From Octopus vulgaris (Eukaryota), in contig OX597825.1 of the NCBI GenBank assembly GCA_951406725.2, positions 78,182,001 to 78,246,000 on the forward strand: a stretch of DNA of 64,000 nt, in the 5' to 3' direction. The stretch's first letter is position 1. Every line of letters starts with the position of its first letter. Made by a program: the position numbers and the translations under genes. A model generated the notes under the pieces. The model ran no database searches and was not told the DNA's origin. It worked only from the letters and a program-made list of their open reading frames with translations. Positions 57,507-64,000 of the stretch are shown here, in pieces.

Positions 57507-57758
57507 ACACACTCATACACACACATTCACACACAAACACATACATACGCACGCACGCACCCAGTCTCTTACCATCGCCATAATTATTTTATCTCTTGTC
57601 ATATATATGTATGTATATATATATATATGTGTGTATATGTAATATATGTACACACACATACACGCACATACACACACATATACATATATACATACATACA
57701 TGCATACATACAAACTTACATATATATGTATGTACATATATTACATACATACACACAC

Positions 57759-57902
<144 letters not shown>

Positions 57903-58919
57903 CAATTTTCCTTCTTCGTTTTTCACAATCATTGTGATTTTCCCAGGTTATTTCTATTTTATTTTCGAATTCATGTTCTTTGTTTTGTATTTTTTGGTTT
58001 TTTGGGGGTTTTCGTTATTGTTTTTATTTATTTTTTTTTCGTTTCATAAATTTGTTTCGTTGATATTTTTTTTTTATTGATTTATTTATATTGCAAATAT
58101 CTGCAGATATTCTCACGAAAAACCAATAAAAGTTACAAAAAATAACAAAATGGCGAATTTTATACCCTTTCTTGGTCGCCATTGTTAACACATGGCTTCA
58201 TAGAGTGGTCTGCTTATAAACTGCAACTTGCTTTGCTTGACAATATGTCTCTGGACAATGGAGAGCTTCGCTAAAGTCACACAATAAAACACAGAGCTTA
58301 CTCAAATTTCTAGGACAGTATTGTGGTATTTCTGTCCATCTTTCTTATCGATATCTCTATCGATCTCTGCCTATTGATTTCGATCAGCTTTATTACGTCA
58401 GCCGCATGACACGATTTTCAGCACAAAAGGATCAGATTAAACGACTCACAACTGAGCTTATATTTAAATATTAGTATCTGTATGTATAAGTGTATACAAA
58501 ATATGTGTGTGTGTGTGTGTGTGTAATGTATAATATATTTATGTATATATACACATATATATATATATATATATATGTATATAAATAGATGTATGCAAAA
58601 TTCATAAATGTAATACAAGGTGCAAAATATATCTGTAAAAACATACATGTAATACATGTGTGTGTGTGTGTGTGTTTACTCCTTATATACACACAAACAC
58701 AGGCATGCATACGCACGCACACACACACACACATATATATGTATACATACATACATTTATACATACATACATACATATATACATACATACATACATACAT
58801 ACATACATACATACATACATACATACATACATACATACATACATACATACATACATACATAAAATATTTAATATATTCTAAGATATTGAATTCGGACTTG
58901 GAGAAAATAGATATGCGTG

Positions 58920-58951
<32 letters not shown>

Positions 58952-59128
58952 TGTATGTTTGTATGTGTGTATGTATGTGTGTATGTATGTATGCATGCAT
59001 TATGTATGTATGTATGTATGTATGTATGTATGTATGTATGCATGCATGTATGTATGTATGTATGTATGTATGTATGTATGTATGTATGTATGCATGTATG
59101 TATGCATGTATGTATGTATGTATGTATG

Positions 59129-59425
59129 TATTGCAATAGCTTGGAATTCGAGAGCCCACAGCTATTTAACACCTTGCCAAAACATCTGAGGGATCTCCAT
59201 GGAGTTGGGGTAGATGTTTTCAAGAAACAACTTGACCTCTTACTATCCAAGATCCCTGATGAACCATTATCAAGGCAGGAAACTCAAAAGAGGGCAGTAG
59301 TGTCGAACTCCTTCCTTCACCAAAAGCCAATCACACAGAATTGGCCAATTAAAAGATGATAACATTGGCGATGCCCCAACATGGCCACAGCCTTAGGGAT
59401 GAAACATATAATGAAATATAATGGA
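59129..59425 (+). mobile_element. 3' end of CR1/L2-group LINE
   Basis: NSLEFESPQLFNTLPKHLRDLHGVGVDVFKKQLDLLLSKIPDEP...RAVVSNSFLHQ, followed by tail ggcgatgccccaacatggccacagcc...gaaaca and short tandem repeats. Confidence 0.8.
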
Positions 59426-59687
59426 ATAACAGAATATGTACAGAATAACAGAATAACACATATATAAGGAGCAAATGTTCAGGAGTGAATATTTATATAG
59501 ATATTATTATTGTTATTATTATCCAAGGTAATAAAAACATTTGATAATAACAACAATGTGTGCCCTTATGATTGCTATATACAAATTTGAGATTGAATTA
59601 ATATCCACCTGGACATGTCTCCCTACTTTGTTAAATATATGTATCTATGTATATATATGTATATATGCATATATATATATGTGTGTG

Positions 59688-59786
<99 letters not shown>

Positions 59787-59789
59787 CTT

Positions 59790-59821
<32 letters not shown>

Positions 59822-59882
59822 CATAAACATGTATATATATATATATATATATATAAACATATATAACATATATATGTATATA

Positions 59883-59919
<37 letters not shown>

Positions 59920-60575
59920 GCGCATGTGTGTAAGTGTGTGTGTGTATGTATATGTGTGTGTGTGTATGTATGTATAAATACATTTGTGATTGTGTGTATG
60001 TAACTTGGGTATCCACATGAATCATTCTAATTTACTCAATGCGTCTAATGGCATTTATTCATTTATTCGAAAATAAGGCTTCATCCATCACCCAACTCTG
60101 CGTTTCCATTTTAATAACACGTGATATAATCCCACGTGATTAAAAGTGCTACTTAATCAACACATAATTACTTCCTTTTAAGGTCATTTGTTCAAATCTC
60201 AACCGACTTCTGCCTTTGAAGATGAATCATCTCAGTCAACTCAATGCTGGAAAAAAAAAAAAAAATAGATCCCAGTTCTTTTTACGATGGCCAATTAGCC
60301 GAGTCGTGAGAGTTTTAAGGTAAATTGTACTGCGCTTGTGGTTCCGGCTCTGTGCACACGGAGCCCAAAACCCGTCTTTTGAGGTTGACACATCAAGTAC
60401 CATTCTTGTACTTTGATCGATTTCACTTCTCGTTCTATAATTCTTTCTTTCTGTCAATCTGCTTCTCTGGAGAAACAGTCTGTGGCTAGGCTTAGCAAGA
60501 GATGATCACACATACATGCATATATATATATGTATATATGTATATATATATTTATATATGTATATATATATGTAT

Positions 60576-60635
<60 letters not shown>

Positions 60636-60648
60636 GTATATATGTATG

Positions 60649-60704
<56 letters not shown>

Positions 60705-60712
60705 TACATATG

Positions 60713-60758
<46 letters not shown>

Positions 60759-60831
60759 AACACAAATATATATACGTATATATATATACAAACACAAATA
60801 TATATACGTATATATACACAAACACATAAAC

Positions 60832-60882
<51 letters not shown>

Positions 60883-61391
60883 AACACATAAACATATATA
60901 TGACTTTAGAACAAAATTACATTACACCCTTATTGGAGCGCATTCTCCTACTGTAAGTGGGACAGTTAGATAATTAAGAAAACTTTATAGAAATCAACCA
61001 TTTGATTCCACCCAAAGTCTATGTGATTCTACAAATAGTTTTTGTGATTTTTCGCAAACTGTCTATAATTCCACACGCAGTTCTTATGATTCTACGCAAA
61101 ATACTTGTAAAATTCTACAAGAACGTTACGATTCTTAAATCTATAGAGATTTTTCCACTTAATTTGCAGAATACTACATAGATTCTCCATAGTTCTACAT
61201 GAATGGTAACTATGAATTTAGAAGCACCATCTTATAATTGCAACTTATGATGTAAGCATGTAATATGATATGATTTTAAAGTTTGAACTTATGATATGAG
61301 CTTATGATATAGATGTGATCTGAACTTAAAGATATACAGATGATCGAAGAATTCAAGAAGCAAAATCGATACGTATGTGAATGTTCGTGCA

Positions 61392-61425
<34 letters not shown>

Positions 61426-61635
61426 CACGCAGGGACTGCAGACCGGGTATATATGCATATAGTATATATAGTATAATTGTTGACACATATATGAGTATGT
61501 GTAATGCTTGTAGGCATTATTAACAATAATAATAAATCTATATATATATATATATAGATACACACACACTCACACACACAAATACATATGTGGCAAGTCG
61601 GATTGCGTATGTGTACGTGTGTGTGTTTGCGTCTG

Positions 61636-61693
<58 letters not shown>

Positions 61694-61950
61694 TGTCTGC
61701 CTTTTTGAGCGTAATACAATTCAATGGATAAATAGATACATGCATATATATATATATATATAAATATATATAAATACACATATACATACATATACATACA
61801 TACATACATACATACATACATACATACATAGTACAGCAAACTGTCCTTTTGTCCCTCGAGGGGCTTATTTACCCCATTATTAGACTATTTACCTTAGTCA
61901 ACGCACGGTGATCGCTTATAAGCTTTAAGCCTATAAAATGATATTATCAT

Positions 61951-62067
<117 letters not shown>

Positions 62068-62569
62068 CGTCTGTCACTTCACGCCGACTGAACGTAGTAA
62101 CAACGTTCTATGGACAGAGAAGATGTATTTCCCTATTCAAAGTTTTAAATCATTTTTCGAAGTTTCTGCCCCACATATTCAGTAGGAGGTGTTGTGATAT
62201 CAAATTACAGCAGGAGGCCCTACAGTCTATATATCGTTATATACACTCCCTGCTTTTATTGTAGGCTGCAGACGATAGCTGGCTGTTTTTGGTTGTGGTA
62301 GAGTTGCATACACTATATATGGAATGTTGAAAACTTTCCACATATATAAGCCAGTGGTATACATATACATTAATGTGTATATGCATGTATGTACGTACGT
62401 ATGGATGTATGTATGTATGTATGTATGTATGTATGTGTGTGTATGTATGTATGTGTGTGTGTATGTATGTATGTGTGTGTGTGTATGTATGTATGTATGT
62501 ATGTATGTGTGTGTGTATGTATGTATGTATGTATGTATGTATGTATGTATGTATGTATGTATGTATGTA

Positions 62570-62602
<33 letters not shown>

Positions 62603-62788
62603 ATGTATGTATGTATGTATGTATGTATGTATGTATGTATGACTGATCAAATGCTCTGGGACACTTTCCTGTGCATGTATATAAGAATTTTAAATCAAAT
62701 TTCACTTATTTTGAAACTTATTAATAATATTAAAGAAAAGAATATATTTCGAAACTTACAGGCAACTCTCAATTCATTTATAACTAAC

Positions 62789-62826
<38 letters not shown>

Positions 62827-62985
62827 GTATATAACACAGCAAAGGCAGACAGAGCAACACATATACACACACTCAGACACACACACACATAGTAATGTAA
62901 ATAAACATACTATGTTTATATAGATATACACACACCACATGCATATATATATGTATATATGTGTGTGTATACATATATATATATG

Positions 62986-63053
<68 letters not shown>

Positions 63054-63829
63054 TGCATATATATATACGTATATATGCATTGGTACCTGTACATATATGA
63101 TTGTGCGTATATATATGAGTGTGTGTGTGTGTGAGTATTGCGTCATACCACAACCATGGTTAGTATGACACTAAATAGGCCATCGATTTGCCAGAAATAG
63201 CAACCGAATTTTACTTGAAACCAGCATCGGAACACACCCGTCGTTAATAATACATCAAATGACACATGGAAAGATACAAACGAAATGTCATCAAGTATGG
63301 ATAACATAATGACTGGATGGTCACGGCTGGAGAGCATTTGATCATAAGTGTACTGGATCGGCATTGACATAGAGTCAAACAACAAGAACAACAACGAATT
63401 ATTCGCAGAAGGACAGACGAAAAGGCTGGAGATCCATAATTAATCCACCCAAATTTTAATTGCTTTCATAGTAAGACGTTATCGGAGGGAATGTAGCAGA
63501 TGGTAATCCAGAGACAACGTCTTCGATTTTGCGTTAGCGTTAATAACGAAAAGTAAACATAAGTGAAATAAACAATATATATCATTTAACCAGTGAGTGC
63601 TCCAGCATGAGCACAAATCCTACTATAATGAATTAACTTAGACATACAGAAACGTATATATATGTGTGTGTGTATGAGTGTGTGTGTGTGTGTATGAGTG
63701 TGTGTGTGTGTGTGTGTGTAATAGAAGCACATATGCGTACACATACAAAAAGGAGACTTCCCCAAGGTGCCACGCAGGGTGACTGAACCGGAACCGTGTG
63801 GTTGACAAGCAAGCTTCTTACCACACAGC

Positions 63830-63915
<86 letters not shown>

Positions 63916-63935
63916 CACATATCTATATGTATATA

Positions 63936-63978
<43 letters not shown>

Positions 63979-64000
63979 CATATATATACATATACGTATA

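Overview
Eukaryotic, AT-rich genomic DNA saturated with microsatellites ((TA)n, (CA)n, (CATA)n, (GATA)n, (TAA)n) and SINEs. The repeat landscape looks like an octopus (coleoid cephalopod) genome; this is an inference, not a database match. One host gene is supportable: a minus-strand cation-selective nicotinic acetylcholine receptor alpha-type subunit. I reconstructed four in-frame coding exons (18326-18370, 16564-16673, 13718-14762, 11309-11482; 457 aa plus stop) but could not find the signal-peptide and first N-terminal exons. Nearly all other ORFs in the track are microsatellite artefacts. The remainder is mobile DNA: at least 4 tRNA-derived SINE families; LINE 3' fragments (R4/Dong-like in TAA repeats, CR1/L2-group, RTE, L1/Tx1-like); mariner/Tc1, hAT and Helitron-like remnants; and Penelope-like remnants. 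The most interesting non-coding signals are (i) hammerhead-ribozyme motifs, one with a complete canonical core and a recurrent family with a variant core, (ii) a 42-bp near-perfect hairpin, (iii) a covarying 3' stem-loop shared by a LINE and the dominant SINE, and (iv) inverted SINE pairs bracketing receptor exons. Repeat boundaries are approximate (read by eye).
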